Assembly (NCBI RefSeq): GCF_000175255.2
Contig: NC_017183.1
Span: 284-32,283, forward strand
Origin: Zymomonas mobilis subsp. mobilis ATCC 10988
Lineage (GTDB): Bacteria; Pseudomonadota; Alphaproteobacteria; Sphingomonadales; Sphingomonadaceae
Direction: 5' to 3'
DNA length: 32,000 bases
This document shows, in pieces, positions 1 to 10,383 of the stretch. The notes under the pieces were generated by a model, which saw nothing but the letters and a program-made list of their open reading frames with translations, did not search any database and was not told where the DNA came from. A program made the translations under genes and the position numbers. Within the stretch, counting starts at the first letter, position 1. Each line of letters opens with the position of its first letter.

Positions 1-610
1 TTGAAAAGACAGCGGATAATGACACGCGGTCTTCTGGTTGAATTTTCTGCCTTCAATTCTGGTTAAACACTCTGGGTGCGTCAAGCCAAAAGAGAGAAGA
101 GGCCATGTTGGGCGTGAAGCTGGCTCGTTCAAAAAAAGAGGGCAGCCATGCGTCCAAACCAGCGGACATGTTGTGTCGCGGTGGTTTGCAAACCGGTCAG
201 GGGTAGAGCAAAGCTCTCCCCCGTGGACCCTCTCTTGATGTCAGAATGGGAGGGAAGAACGGAAGGTCGACTTTGTGTAGGGCGATCGATAAAATAGGAC
301 ATTTACTCATAAAACAGCCAAGCACCAGCCAATTGATTCAGTTTGAGTGTTCGAACCTACCTAGTCCGCCGATTGCTCTCCATAACCCGATATTGCCGCC
401 GATCACCGCATATCTCGTGCAGTATAGCAAGTTTCATGCTATTGCTTGATAACTGCTTACCCGAGCCGGCAGTACGGCAGCTTTCGACCACCTTTAAGAC
501 ATTTAGATGTGTTGATGTGAGCAACAGCTTATACTGGAGTATGTCACTCGGCTCGCACGAACCGACCGGGCGCAACGCAGAATCAATTTAGTCGAAGGGA
601 AAAATGACAG

Positions 611-2113
611 GTGATCTCGAACTCACGAAAGTCGATTGCTGCCCTTGCCGAAGATTTCATTGCGCTATCTAAGCAAGGCAACAACTGGTCGCATGGAGCC
701 GACGGGATTCAGTTCATGAGGGAGTTCGAACGGCACTCAGACAATCCCGAAGCGGGCGAAGAACTGGTGGCCGCTTTGGAAGAGCGCGGCGACTTGATAC
801 TTTCCCCGCTGGTGGAGTTGGCATTTACCCCGCTCGTCGTTATGCGCCAGCATAGCGTCGGGCACGGGGGATTCCACACCGGTGCGATGGGACGTGGCAG
901 TGCGCGCCTCCGTTGGGTTTACGACTGTGGCGCTTCACGAACCGAGGGACAGCAGAGACTCTCAGAGGAGATCGGCATTTTGGCGGGCGAGCCAGGCGAC
1001 GCGAAGCGGCGCATCGACCTCTTGTTCATTTCGCACTTCGATCGAGATCATATCTCCGGGATCGTGCAGCTGATGTCTGCGCTGGAGGTCGACACGGTCG
1101 TGATCCCGTATCTTGACGATCTCCAGCGTGCGATAATTCTCGCTGGCGAAATAGCGGACCGCGAGGAAGCGGGGGCTAGCGTGGCGCCGGGACTGACCCA
1201 GGCGCTGTTCGACCCGGTCGCTTGGCTGACTGAGTTTGGTGCGAAGTCGGTGATACAGGTTCGCCCGGGGGGACCGGGCTTTGATGGGGCCATGCTTCTG
1301 AGTTACGGCCCCGGCGACGGGCCTGAGTTATCAGAGGACGTCGAAGGTGCGAAGCCTGTACTTGTTCGTCAGAGTGACGATGCGGTCAACGCCGCGGATG
1401 ATCACAGTGTGGTCGACTCTGGTTCGGGTTGGATGGTGACGCATTTCGGTCGCCGGTTCGGGGATTGGTGTTTCCTCCCGTATGTAACGTCGGCTAAGCA
1501 GAGTGCGCGTGACGCGTTCAGAGCGGCGTTTGACGGACTGATCGAGCGCCGAGAGGACGAAAGCATGATAGCTGCCTTCCATCGCAAGATGGAAGAGACA
1601 GACTTTCCGACCAAGGTTAAAGCTACCTACAAAGAGCACGAACTGGGCGACGCGAATGCAGTATCCATGTCGCTCTACGTCGGGCCGTTCCGGGATGAGG
1701 TCTATTTTAGCCGCAAGCCATTGCGGGCAGGCCAGAAAAGACACGAGGCTGGTCCCGGCTGGTTGCTAACGGGCGATGCGAAGCTTGCGCAGGTCGGCAG
1801 GCGCAACGACTGGTGCACTTTTTACAAGCCGTTAAAGAGCCGCATCGGCGCACTGATGCTTCCGCATCACGGCTCTCATCTGAACTTCCACGAGGATATT
1901 CTCGACATCGTGGAAGAGGATTGTCTCCTCTTCGCGTGCAGACGCGCGAAGTTGGGGGACCCCCTGCACGAGAACGTCTGGACGGTCGTTGAGCGCCGAC
2001 CGGTCGCCATCGTATCCGACGACCGCGAGACATCGCTCATGCAGGTTAGCGGAGCCACAGTTCTAAAATATGCTGAGCGAGAGCTCTCAGACTTGGCTAA
2101 GGAATGGTGCTGA
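611..2113 (+). CDS. MBL-fold metallo-hydrolase, ComEC/Rec2-like, possible defence-associated protein
   Basis: 500-aa ORF (GTG start) with metal-binding motifs LLFISHFDRDHISGI and LMLPHHGSHLNFHEDIL, typical of ComEC/Rec2-type beta-lactamase-fold hydrolases. Confidence 0.75.
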   Translation: MISNSRKSIAALAEDFIALSKQGNNWSHGADGIQFMREFERHSDNPEAGEELVAALEERGDLILSPLVELAFTPLVVMRQHSVGHGGFHTGAMGRGSARLRWVYDCGASRTEGQQRLSEEIGILAGEPGDAKRRIDLLFISHFDRDHISGIVQLMSALEVDTVVIPYLDDLQRAIILAGEIADREEAGASVAPGLTQALFDPVAWLTEFGAKSVIQVRPGGPGFDGAMLLSYGPGDGPELSEDVEGAKPVLVRQSDDAVNAADDHSVVDSGSGWMVTHFGRRFGDWCFLPYVTSAKQSARDAFRAAFDGLIERREDESMIAAFHRKMEETDFPTKVKATYKEHELGDANAVSMSLYVGPFRDEVYFSRKPLRAGQKRHEAGPGWLLTGDAKLAQVGRRNDWCTFYKPLKSRIGALMLPHHGSHLNFHEDILDIVEEDCLLFACRRAKLGDPLHENVWTVVERRPVAIVSDDRETSLMQVSGATVLKYAERELSDLAKEWC

Positions 2114-2434
2114 CGCCTAGTTAGCCATATGTTTTCCCGAAACTCAGACTATCGCGACGGCAGCCAATTACCGAAGGCGGGCTGAAGAGGGCTATGGCGT
2201 AGACGTAGTTCTCATCCGATTCTGGCGCGCCTCGTCCGCTATCCGCCTTTTCCGGCAGAGCGTCGAATAATTCATGTCAGCTTTCGGGAAACTTTCCCAA
2301 CCGCCTGGATGACCGATATGAGGCGGAAGCGGTCATTAAAGTCAGCTTTAATTCTTTGTTTGTGGGGCAACGGGGGTGGAACTCCCCCTTGCCAGATGTT
2401 GAATGGGTAGCCATTCAACACTGCTGGCTCCCTT

Positions 2435-3796
2435 TTAAATCGTCATGTTTGCAAAGGCTGTGTCTGGGTGGCTTATTGCTTCTATGGTTTGCAGCAAGTT
2501 GGCTGTTGATATGCTGGTCAAATAGGTTGTGGTACCCTGACTTTTGTGGGTAGCTTCATGACCCAGCAGGCGGTCTATCCATACTTCCCGGATGTTGGCA
2601 TCTGCGTTTCTGAGTTGTGTGGAGACGGTGTGCCGGAGAATGAAACGTGATTTCTGCTGGCAGGCCGATATGGGTCTTGAACAATGAGAAAGCTCTGCCA
2701 AGGGCTGCTCCCCTGATACCTTGTTTCGAGGTCTCAATACCGGAAATGAGGTAAGGGACATTCGTGGTCTCTTTCAGTACCAGCACACCAGCTTCAATCA
2801 GTTTTGAATGGACTGGCACAATGCGGGTGCCTGCGTCAGTCTTGGGTGCCCAGCCGGTTTCGGTATGGGGGCGGATAAGAAAGCAAGGGATACCGTCAAC
2901 ACTCTGAAGGTCTTCTTTGCGCAAGACGTAAATCTCGCCCAATCGCATTCCGCTATAAGCTGCAATCAGTGTGACCAGCCGGAAGGTCTGTTCTGGCACG
3001 GACGTGCTATGCCATGAGGCAGAGGCTAGCAAAGCCAGTTCTCTGGCAGTCCAGCTTCTGCGTATGGTCTTTTGCCCATTCTCAAAACTCCAGCCTGTCC
3101 ACGGATTGCGTGTGACCAGTTCCCGCTGGTATAACTGATTCCACAGGGCAGAGAGGCGCATCATGTGGTTCTTGACGCTTTTCTCGCTCAGGGTGGGCAG
3201 ACCTTCCTCTCTGGCTCTCTGAGCATCTTCCTCAAGTGTAAGGCTGCTCTTGCGCTTTCCCAGTGAGGCCGGAAGGGAAAACAGGAGGTCTCGAAACGCT
3301 CCGGCCTTCTCGCCACCAATAATAGATACAAGAGCGTCTCTGAAAGTTTGTAAAAACAACTCTCCCGCCCGTTGTATTGCTTTCTTGGTGTCGGCGCTGG
3401 CATAGGGATTATCCAGCACGAAGCGTTTCAGCGCACCGGAGAGCATTAAAGGTTGGTTTGGCCGTTTTCTTCACTGTCCGGGGTTTGGGGATCGATGCTG
3501 CAACTGGCAAGGACCCCGTTTCCTGAGCAGATGAAGGCAGGTTCACGCTCTGCAAATCCCGCATCCTTCAAGCCTGCTTAAAGCATCCGGTTCAGAGAGG
3601 ACAAGATAGGGCTGGGAGAATAATTCTGTAAGGAGTGATGCCTTTTTGCATGGTAGCCGGTTTTCAGGGAAACCCAGATTTCCCGTCGGCTTAAGGCGGC
3701 TCGCAGGGTAGGGGGAACGATACGGCGAAAGTGGTAAGTGGTGCCTCGGATACGGGGCATAAAATCTTCCCTCAGTGGGGAATGACGATGGAGCAA
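2435..3796 (-). pseudogene. Tyrosine recombinase/phage integrase, frameshifted in at least two places
   Basis: N-terminal piece (3578..3796 -) RGTTYHFRRIVPPTLRAALSRREIWVSL resembles the DUF6538-type integrase N-terminus. The middle piece (2556..3446 -) has the catalytic-Arg region AAYSGMRLGEIYVLRKEDL. The C-terminal piece in another frame (2435..2761 -) has LRHTVSTQLR...LLGHEATHKSQGTTTYL. Confidence 0.8.
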
Positions 3797-3849
3797 AGAC
3801 AGCCTTTGCCCCTCATTCAGCCGAAAAATCGTGCCATTTCAAGTGTCTG

Positions 3850-3885
3850 TGGTGCGAACTGCGGGACTCGAACCCGCATCAACCC
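3850..3885 (-). other. tRNA 3'-end fragment (T-arm, acceptor 3' strand and CCA), candidate attachment-site remnant
   Basis: Reverse complement GGGTTGATGCGGGTTCGAGTCCCGCAGTTCGCACCA has a 5-bp T stem GCGGG/CCCGC, loop TTCGAGT, then AGTTCGC-A-CCA. No matching 5' half (GCGAACT...) was seen nearby. It lies just upstream of the integrase pseudogene start. Confidence 0.6.
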
Positions 3886-4282
3886 ACAGTGACACTTTCC
3901 TAACCCTTTGAAACAGCAAAAAGAATGCGACGTGCTGTCTTCTGGTTACTGAATTTCCTATATCGTTGGTTAAACAATCTGGGAAGTATCATGCTGAAAT
4001 TTGTTCAAAAATAAGCCTGCTTCGGCCTTCATCTCGGATATGCAATATTGCGATTTGATTTCTCGAAGTAAATATCTAAAAAATAATGGTTGATAGATGC
4101 GTCGAAAATTCTCATGTTGGGCTATCGTAATCCTAATTACCCTATTAAAGTTCCCATCAACTTTTAACGTCTGGATTATGGTTAATAAAACAGCGGATCA
4201 ATTAAGCGCGGGCTTCATGGAAGACGGTGATACCCATGGCCTTTGCTGCGCATAGCCACTTGTCTAATGGACTGGGGGAATA

Positions 4283-7200
4283 GTGGATACTTTGAATTTT
4301 GGGTTTTTAGGGCCGCACAATAAGCAATTAGTAACCCTTGCAGCTCTTGCAGAGCACTATTTCCCTAGCGATCCCTCTACTGTGATCGTCAAGCTACGCC
4401 AGTTTGCTGAGTTGATGGCCAAGTTAGTCGCTGCTCATCACGCTGTTTATCGTGATGAGCGTGAAACATTTGAAGAAACTCTGCGTCGCTTATCATATGA
4501 CCGCCTGATACCGAAGGAGGTCTCTGATATTTTTCATACTCTTCGGAAGGCCGGAAACAGCGCTATACATGAAGCAAAGGGCGATCATTCCACCGCTCTT
4601 GCCGCGCTAAAATTCGCTTGGTCTCTCAGTATCTGGTTTCATCGGACTTATGATCGAGCACCCAATTTTAAGTCCGGTGCTTTCGTGCCACCGCGAAAGC
4701 CCATCGATGCGATGGTTGCTCTGCGCGAAGAGATTGAAACACTTAGGCAGAAAGTAGCAGATACTGAAGGTGATGCTGCTCGCGCTCGTCTTGAAGCTGA
4801 AGAACAGGCTCAGGCGCGCGAAGCAGTAGAAGAAAGGCTACTGCGAGAGGCCGAGGAGCGTGCCGCCTGGGAGAAGATTGCTCAGGATATTGATGCCGAA
4901 AAGGCCGAGGTCACAAGCAAGCTCACTGCTCTCCAAGCCGAAGCGGAAACCAGTCCTCGTGCCGAGGCTGCTCAATTGGTGGAGCAGGGTAAAAAAGCTG
5001 CGGTAAAAATTGACCTCGACGAGGCAGAAACCCGCGCCCTCATAGATCAGCAACTGCGCGACTGCGGATGGGAAGTCGATACCCAAGATCTTCGATACAG
5101 CAAAGGTATTCGCCCAGCCAAAGGCCGTAATCTCGCTATCGCTGAATGGCCGACCGCAAAAGGGCCTGCTGATTACGCCTTGTTCGTTGGTTCTACGTTG
5201 GTCGGCGTTGTTGAGGCAAAGCGGAAACGGAAAAACGTGTCCGCAGCGATTGATCAGGCTGAGCGCTATTCAATCGCCATTAAGGACAATGCCGATTTTA
5301 GTTATGCAGGTGGTCCTTGGGGTGATTACAAAGTACCATTTGTGTTCAGCGCGAACGGCAGATCCTACCTCAAGCAGATTGAGACAGAGAGCGGGATCTG
5401 GTTCCGTGATACCCGCCGTGCCGCAAACCATCGCCGTGCATTGGTAGACTGGCCGACGCCAGAAGGCCTTACCGGTCAGCTTGAAGTCGATCAGGATGCG
5501 GCCAACGCTGCCCTGAAGGCGCAGCCATTCGAATTCGGTTTTCCGCTGCGGCATTATCAGGAAAGTGCGATTCGCTCAGTTGAATCCGCGCTATCTGCGG
5601 AACAACGCGCCGTCTTGATCGCAATGGCAACCGGCACCGGAAAGACTAAACTCGCTATCGCCATGCTATACCGCTTGCTCTCGGCCAAGCGGTTCCGGCG
5701 CATCTGCTTTGTAGTAGACCGCAGTGCTCTTGGCGATCAGACAGAGGGAGAGTTTTCGACGACCAAAGTCGTATCCGGAAAGACATTCGCGGAAATTTTT
5801 GGCCTTAAAGGGCTGGGAGATGTGACGCCAGATATAGAAACCAAAGTCCATATCTGCACGATTCAAGGCTTAGTGAAGCGTGTGCTGTTTGCTGCTGATG
5901 CTGCGTCTACACCGCCTGTCGACCAATATGACTTGATGGTCATCGATGAATGCCATCGTGGTTATCTGCTTGATCGTGAAATGTCTGATGCTGAGCTGAG
6001 CTTTCGGGGGCAAGATGATTATATCTCCAAATATCGGCGTGTGCTGGACTATTTTGATGCGGTTAAGATTGGCCTGACTGCGACACCTGCGCTGCATACC
6101 ACTGATATTTTTGGTGATCCGGTCTTCACATATTCCTATCGCGAGGCAGTAGTTGATGGTTTCCTAGTCGATCACGAACCACCTATCCGTATCGAAACAG
6201 CTCTGGCGCGGGCAGGCATTAAGTTCGAGAAGGATGAAGAGCTTGAGCAGCTCAATACCCAGACTGGCGAGGTCGATCTGGTCAACGCGCCCGACGAAAT
6301 CAGTTTTGAAGTTGAGGCATTCAACAGGCAGGTTATTACTCCGGAGTTCAATCGCGCTGTTGCAGAGGAGTTGGCGCAGCATATTGATCCGGCACTTCAG
6401 GGTAAGACGCTTATTTTCGCGGCGACCGATGCCCATGCAGACATGGTGGTGAGCGCTATAAAGAAGGCTTTTGCAGAGCAATATGGTGAAATTGATGATG
6501 CTGCGGTGAAGAAAATTACCGGCAGCGTGGACAAGGTAAAAAACTTGATCCGTTCGTTCCGTAACGATGCCACTCCGCAAATCGTTGTAACGGTCGATTT
6601 GCTTACCACAGGCATTGATGTACCAAAAATCACCAACCTTGTGTTCCTGCGTCGCGTGAACAGTCGTATCCTATATGAACAGATGATCGGACGTGCGACG
6701 CGCCTGTGTCCGGAAATAAATAAGGAGGTTTTCCGGATTTTTGATGCGGTTGATCTTTATCCTCATCTTCAGAACGTGACCGACATGAAGCCCGTCGTCG
6801 TTAATCCATCGATTAGTTTCACTCAGCTTGTTCAGGAAATGATGGCAGCGCAGAACGATGAGCAGCGTGAGGTTATTCGAGAACAAATTGCTGTCAAGCT
6901 ACGTCGCCAGATCAAGAAGCTGACCGAGGAAGCAAAGCATCAGTTTGAGGCCATCGCGGGGGAAGCACCGGAGGCGACGTTGCAGAGGGTTATGGCCGGT
7001 GATGCACCGGGCCTTGCTGCATGGCTGAAGGATCGTGTCGCGATTGGCTCCATTCTCGACTGGAAGGATGGTGATGATAATCCCCACTATGTTCCGATTT
7101 CTCACCATGCGGACCAAGTCGTTGCTGTATCGCGTGGTTATGGCAGCGCCACCAAGCCTGAGGATTTTCTAGACAGCTTCACCGCTTTCGTGCGCGACAA

Positions 7201-7660
7201 TATCAACACTATTGCTGCGCTGAAACTTGTCGTGCAGCGCCCCCGCGATCTGACCCGCGCCGATTTGAAGGAATTGCGCCTAGCTCTGGATTCCAAGGGA
7301 TTTTCCGACGCCAACCTGCGTCGTGCTTGGGCGGATGCGCGTAATGAGGAAATAGCCGCGTCCGTCATTGGCTTTGTCCGTCAGGCCGCGCTGGGAGACG
7401 CTCTCGTTCCCTATGAAGATCGCGTGCGGGAAGCTATGTGTGCGATCATGGCGAGCCGCGCATGGACCGACCCGCAGAAGCGCTGGCTCAAGCGGATCGG
7501 CGAACAGATTGAAAAAGAAATTGTCGTAGACCGAGCGGCCATCGATAAAGAGCCATTTATCTCCGATGGCGGCTTCAATCGCCTGAATAAGGTATTCGGC
7601 GGGGAGCTGGAAAATATCCTCGCCGGGATCAATGAAGAATTGTGGAAGAAGATCGCGTAA
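4283..7660 (+). CDS. hsdR: Type I restriction endonuclease subunit R (DUF4145-like N-terminus, HSDR_N, DEAD-like helicase)
   Basis: 1125-aa ORF with MATGTGKTKLAIAM (Walker A), VIDECHRGYLLD (motif II), GLTATPALHTTDIFG, and DLLTTGIDVPKITNLVFLR...QMIGRATR (motif VI). Confidence 0.95.
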   Translation: MDTLNFGFLGPHNKQLVTLAALAEHYFPSDPSTVIVKLRQFAELMAKLVAAHHAVYRDERETFEETLRRLSYDRLIPKEVSDIFHTLRKAGNSAIHEAKGDHSTALAALKFAWSLSIWFHRTYDRAPNFKSGAFVPPRKPIDAMVALREEIETLRQKVADTEGDAARARLEAEEQAQAREAVEERLLREAEERAAWEKIAQDIDAEKAEVTSKLTALQAEAETSPRAEAAQLVEQGKKAAVKIDLDEAETRALIDQQLRDCGWEVDTQDLRYSKGIRPAKGRNLAIAEWPTAKGPADYALFVGSTLVGVVEAKRKRKNVSAAIDQAERYSIAIKDNADFSYAGGPWGDYKVPFVFSANGRSYLKQIETESGIWFRDTRRAANHRRALVDWPTPEGLTGQLEVDQDAANAALKAQPFEFGFPLRHYQESAIRSVESALSAEQRAVLIAMATGTGKTKLAIAMLYRLLSAKRFRRICFVVDRSALGDQTEGEFSTTKVVSGKTFAEIFGLKGLGDVTPDIETKVHICTIQGLVKRVLFAADAASTPPVDQYDLMVIDECHRGYLLDREMSDAELSFRGQDDYISKYRRVLDYFDAVKIGLTATPALHTTDIFGDPVFTYSYREAVVDGFLVDHEPPIRIETALARAGIKFEKDEELEQLNTQTGEVDLVNAPDEISFEVEAFNRQVITPEFNRAVAEELAQHIDPALQGKTLIFAATDAHADMVVSAIKKAFAEQYGEIDDAAVKKITGSVDKVKNLIRSFRNDATPQIVVTVDLLTTGIDVPKITNLVFLRRVNSRILYEQMIGRATRLCPEINKEVFRIFDAVDLYPHLQNVTDMKPVVVNPSISFTQLVQEMMAAQNDEQREVIREQIAVKLRRQIKKLTEEAKHQFEAIAGEAPEATLQRVMAGDAPGLAAWLKDRVAIGSILDWKDGDDNPHYVPISHHADQVVAVSRGYGSATKPEDFLDSFTAFVRDNINTIAALKLVVQRPRDLTRADLKELRLALDSKGFSDANLRRAWADARNEEIAASVIGFVRQAALGDALVPYEDRVREAMCAIMASRAWTDPQKRWLKRIGEQIEKEIVVDRAAIDKEPFISDGGFNRLNKVFGGELENILAGINEELWKKIA

Positions 7661-9124
7661 ATGAGCACTACTACCGATATCGTCGCCAAGCTCTGGAGCC
7701 TCTGTAACGTCCTGCGTGATGATGGCGTCACTTACAATGAATATGTGACGGAGCTAACCTACCTGCTGTTCCTCAAGATGCTGGAGGAAACCGAGAAGGA
7801 GGCGCGCCTGCCGGAAGAGTGGCGCTGGAGCCTACTTGCCAAACGTGAAGGCCTGGATCAACTCGACTATTACAAGGCGATGTTGCTTGAACTTGGCAAA
7901 GCAAAGGACAAATTGGTCAGCGCCATTTTCATCGACGCCCAAACTCGGCTGCGCAAGCCGACTAACCTCAAGGCCCTGACTTCCAACATCGATCAGCTCG
8001 ATTGGTTTTCTGCCCGTGAAGAAGGGTTAGGCAATCTTTATGAAGGCCTGTTGGAAAAGAACGCATCTGACAAGAAATCCGGTGCTGGACAATATTTCAC
8101 ACCCCGTCCTCTGATCGACTGTATTGTGCGCCTGATGCGGCCTCAGGCGGGGGAAGTGATTCAAGACCCGGCAGCGGGCACAGCGGGTTTCCTCGTCGCA
8201 GCTGATCGTTACATCAAGGACCATACCGACGATCTTTACACATTGACTAAGGAACAGGCTTCCTTCCAACGGCATAACGCCTTCTGTGGTGCGGAATTGG
8301 TGCCAGACACCCACCGCCTGAGCATGATGAATCTGCTGCTGCACGGCATTGAAGGCGGCGTGGAGAATATCGACACGCTCTCACCTGATGGCGAGGCGCT
8401 TCCCAAGGCCAATCTGATCCTGACCAATCCGCCCTTCGGCACGAAGAAAGGCGGGGGACGTCCAACCCGTTCCGATTTCTCGATCACAGCGGATACGTCG
8501 AATAAGCAACTCGCCTTCGTCGAGCATATCGTGCGCGCATTGAGCCCCGGCGGGCGTGCCGCTGTGGTCATTCCAGACAACGTGCTGTTTGAGGATAATA
8601 CTGGCCGCCGCCTGCGTACTTGGCTGATGGATCTGTGCGACATGCACACCATCCTGCGCCTGCCGACTGGCATTTTCTACGCACAAGGGGTCAAGACTAA
8701 CGTGCTGTTCTTCCAGCGTGGCAAGAGCGACAAGGGTAACACCAAGGCGGTCTGGTTCTATGACATGCGGGCGAACATGCCCGCTTTTGGCAAGACCCGC
8801 CCGTTAACCGTTGCCGACTTTGCGGATTTTGAGAAGGCATATGGTGCGGAAGCCAATGGCGGAGCCAAGCGGCGAGATGGCGGAGAGGACAGCCGTTGGC
8901 GCAAGTTCGACCGTGCAGCCATCGCCGAGCGCAACGATAATCTCGACATCAGTTGGCTGCGTGATACCGAGGTAGAAGCTGAAAAAACGCTGACTGAACC
9001 AGAAGACATCGCCGCTGCAATCATCGGCCATCTGAAAGCGGCGCTGGATGAGATCGAGACGCTGTCAGACGAATTGGAACCAGATAGCGTCGAAGAGGCT
9101 GCTTCTGTGGAGGAAGCAGAATGA
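7661..9124 (+). CDS. hsdM: Type I R-M DNA methyltransferase subunit M
   Basis: 487 aa with GQYFTPRPLIDCIV, DPAAGTAGFLV, LTNPPFGTKKGG and VVIPDNVLFEDN. Abuts the hsdR stop codon. Confidence 0.95.
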   Translation: MSTTTDIVAKLWSLCNVLRDDGVTYNEYVTELTYLLFLKMLEETEKEARLPEEWRWSLLAKREGLDQLDYYKAMLLELGKAKDKLVSAIFIDAQTRLRKPTNLKALTSNIDQLDWFSAREEGLGNLYEGLLEKNASDKKSGAGQYFTPRPLIDCIVRLMRPQAGEVIQDPAAGTAGFLVAADRYIKDHTDDLYTLTKEQASFQRHNAFCGAELVPDTHRLSMMNLLLHGIEGGVENIDTLSPDGEALPKANLILTNPPFGTKKGGGRPTRSDFSITADTSNKQLAFVEHIVRALSPGGRAAVVIPDNVLFEDNTGRRLRTWLMDLCDMHTILRLPTGIFYAQGVKTNVLFFQRGKSDKGNTKAVWFYDMRANMPAFGKTRPLTVADFADFEKAYGAEANGGAKRRDGGEDSRWRKFDRAAIAERNDNLDISWLRDTEVEAEKTLTEPEDIAAAIIGHLKAALDEIETLSDELEPDSVEEAASVEEAE

Positions 9125-10380
9125 GCAACTTGCCACAAGGATGGATTCAAACAACATTTGCTGACATTACAAATCAGCGATCGGGTAATAGTAAGCTCGT
9201 CAAAGGGAAGCTTGAAAGCCAAGAGAGCAATGGCCTTTACCCGGCTTTCAGCGCTAGCGGTCCAGATGTCTGGCGAGATGCTTTTGAATATGAAGGCGAT
9301 GCCATCATTGTGTCCGCAGTCGGTGCGCGTTGCGGCAAGGCATTTCGCGCTAAAGGTCAGTGGAGCGCGATCGCAAACACGCACATTGTTTGGCCAGAGC
9401 CCCAAGTGGTTGAGACGGAATTTCTATTTCTACTCCTGAATGACGAAAACTTTTGGGAAAAGGGCGGATCGGCGCAGCCCTTTGTGAAGGTACGTGCTAC
9501 TTTTGAGCGAACGATCAACCTCCCCCCTCTGCCTGAACAACGGAGGATTGTGGCGAAGATCGACAGCCTCACCGGCAAATCCAGACGTGCACGCGACCAT
9601 CTCGATCACATCCCCCGCCTCGTCGAGAAATACAAACAGGCCATCCTCTCCGCCGCCTTCAGGGCCGACTGGCCGCTCATATCGGTTGGCGAAACCATCC
9701 GGGCGGTTGTGGCTGGCAAAAACCTGCGCTGCGAGGAACGCCCACCTTTCGAACACGAAAGCGGTGTCGTGAAAGTCAGCGCTGTAAGTTGGGGAACTTT
9801 CGATGCACGAGCTAGCAAAACTCTTCCTGAAAGCTTCACGCCGCCCGAGAATACACGAATTAAGGCTGGGGATTTACTCATTTCGCGTGCAAACACACTG
9901 GAGCTTGTCGGCGCGGTGGTAATCGTGTTGGAATGCCCATCAAACTTATTTCTTAGCGATAAGGTGCTGCGACTGGACGTTGAGGATGGTGACAAGCCAT
10001 GGCTGATGTGGTTCTTGCGCTCGCCTGATGGGCGTGCAGCTATAGAAGGTGCTGCGACCGGCAATCAACTCTCAATGCGCAACCTTAGTCAGGCCGCACT
10101 AAAGAGCATCTCGATGCCTTGGCCTGCCGCCGAGCAACGCGAAGAGATCGTTAGCCGCATCGAATCCGCATTTGCTTGGATCGAATGCCTCGCCGCCGAT
10201 GCTGCTAGCGCCCGCAAGCTGATCGATCACCTCGACCAGTCCATGTTGGCCAAGGCCTTCAAAGGCGAGCTGGTGCCACAAGACCCGGCCGACGAACCCG
10301 CCAGTGCCTTGCTCGATCGCATCCGGGCAGAACGTGCTGCCGCGCCAAAGGCCAAGCGTGGTCGCAGAAAGGTCGCCTGA
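9121..10380 (+). CDS. hsdS: Type I R-M specificity subunit S with two target-recognition domains
   Basis: 419 aa. ATGA overlap with hsdM; conserved repeats PPLPEQRRIVAKIDSLTGKSRRARDHL and PWPAAEQREEIVSRIESAFAWIECLAADAASARKLIDHLDQSMLAKAFKGELVPQDP. Confidence 0.95.
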   Translation: MSNLPQGWIQTTFADITNQRSGNSKLVKGKLESQESNGLYPAFSASGPDVWRDAFEYEGDAIIVSAVGARCGKAFRAKGQWSAIANTHIVWPEPQVVETEFLFLLLNDENFWEKGGSAQPFVKVRATFERTINLPPLPEQRRIVAKIDSLTGKSRRARDHLDHIPRLVEKYKQAILSAAFRADWPLISVGETIRAVVAGKNLRCEERPPFEHESGVVKVSAVSWGTFDARASKTLPESFTPPENTRIKAGDLLISRANTLELVGAVVIVLECPSNLFLSDKVLRLDVEDGDKPWLMWFLRSPDGRAAIEGAATGNQLSMRNLSQAALKSISMPWPAAEQREEIVSRIESAFAWIECLAADAASARKLIDHLDQSMLAKAFKGELVPQDPADEPASALLDRIRAERAAAPKAKRGRRKVA

Positions 10381-10383
10381 CCC

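Noticed and set aside
3850-3885. Complete tRNA gene
   Set aside because: Only the T-arm and acceptor 3' half are present. No D-arm, anticodon arm or complementary 5' acceptor strand was found.
8758-9405. 215-aa minus-strand ORF across the hsdM/hsdS junction
   Set aside because: Antisense to strongly conserved coding sequence. The translation has no recognisable domain.
4838-10064. Many minus-strand and alternate-frame ORFs of 60-150 aa inside hsdR, hsdM and hsdS
   Set aside because: They overlap long, well-supported genes, have low-complexity composition and match no family motifs; typical shadow ORFs.
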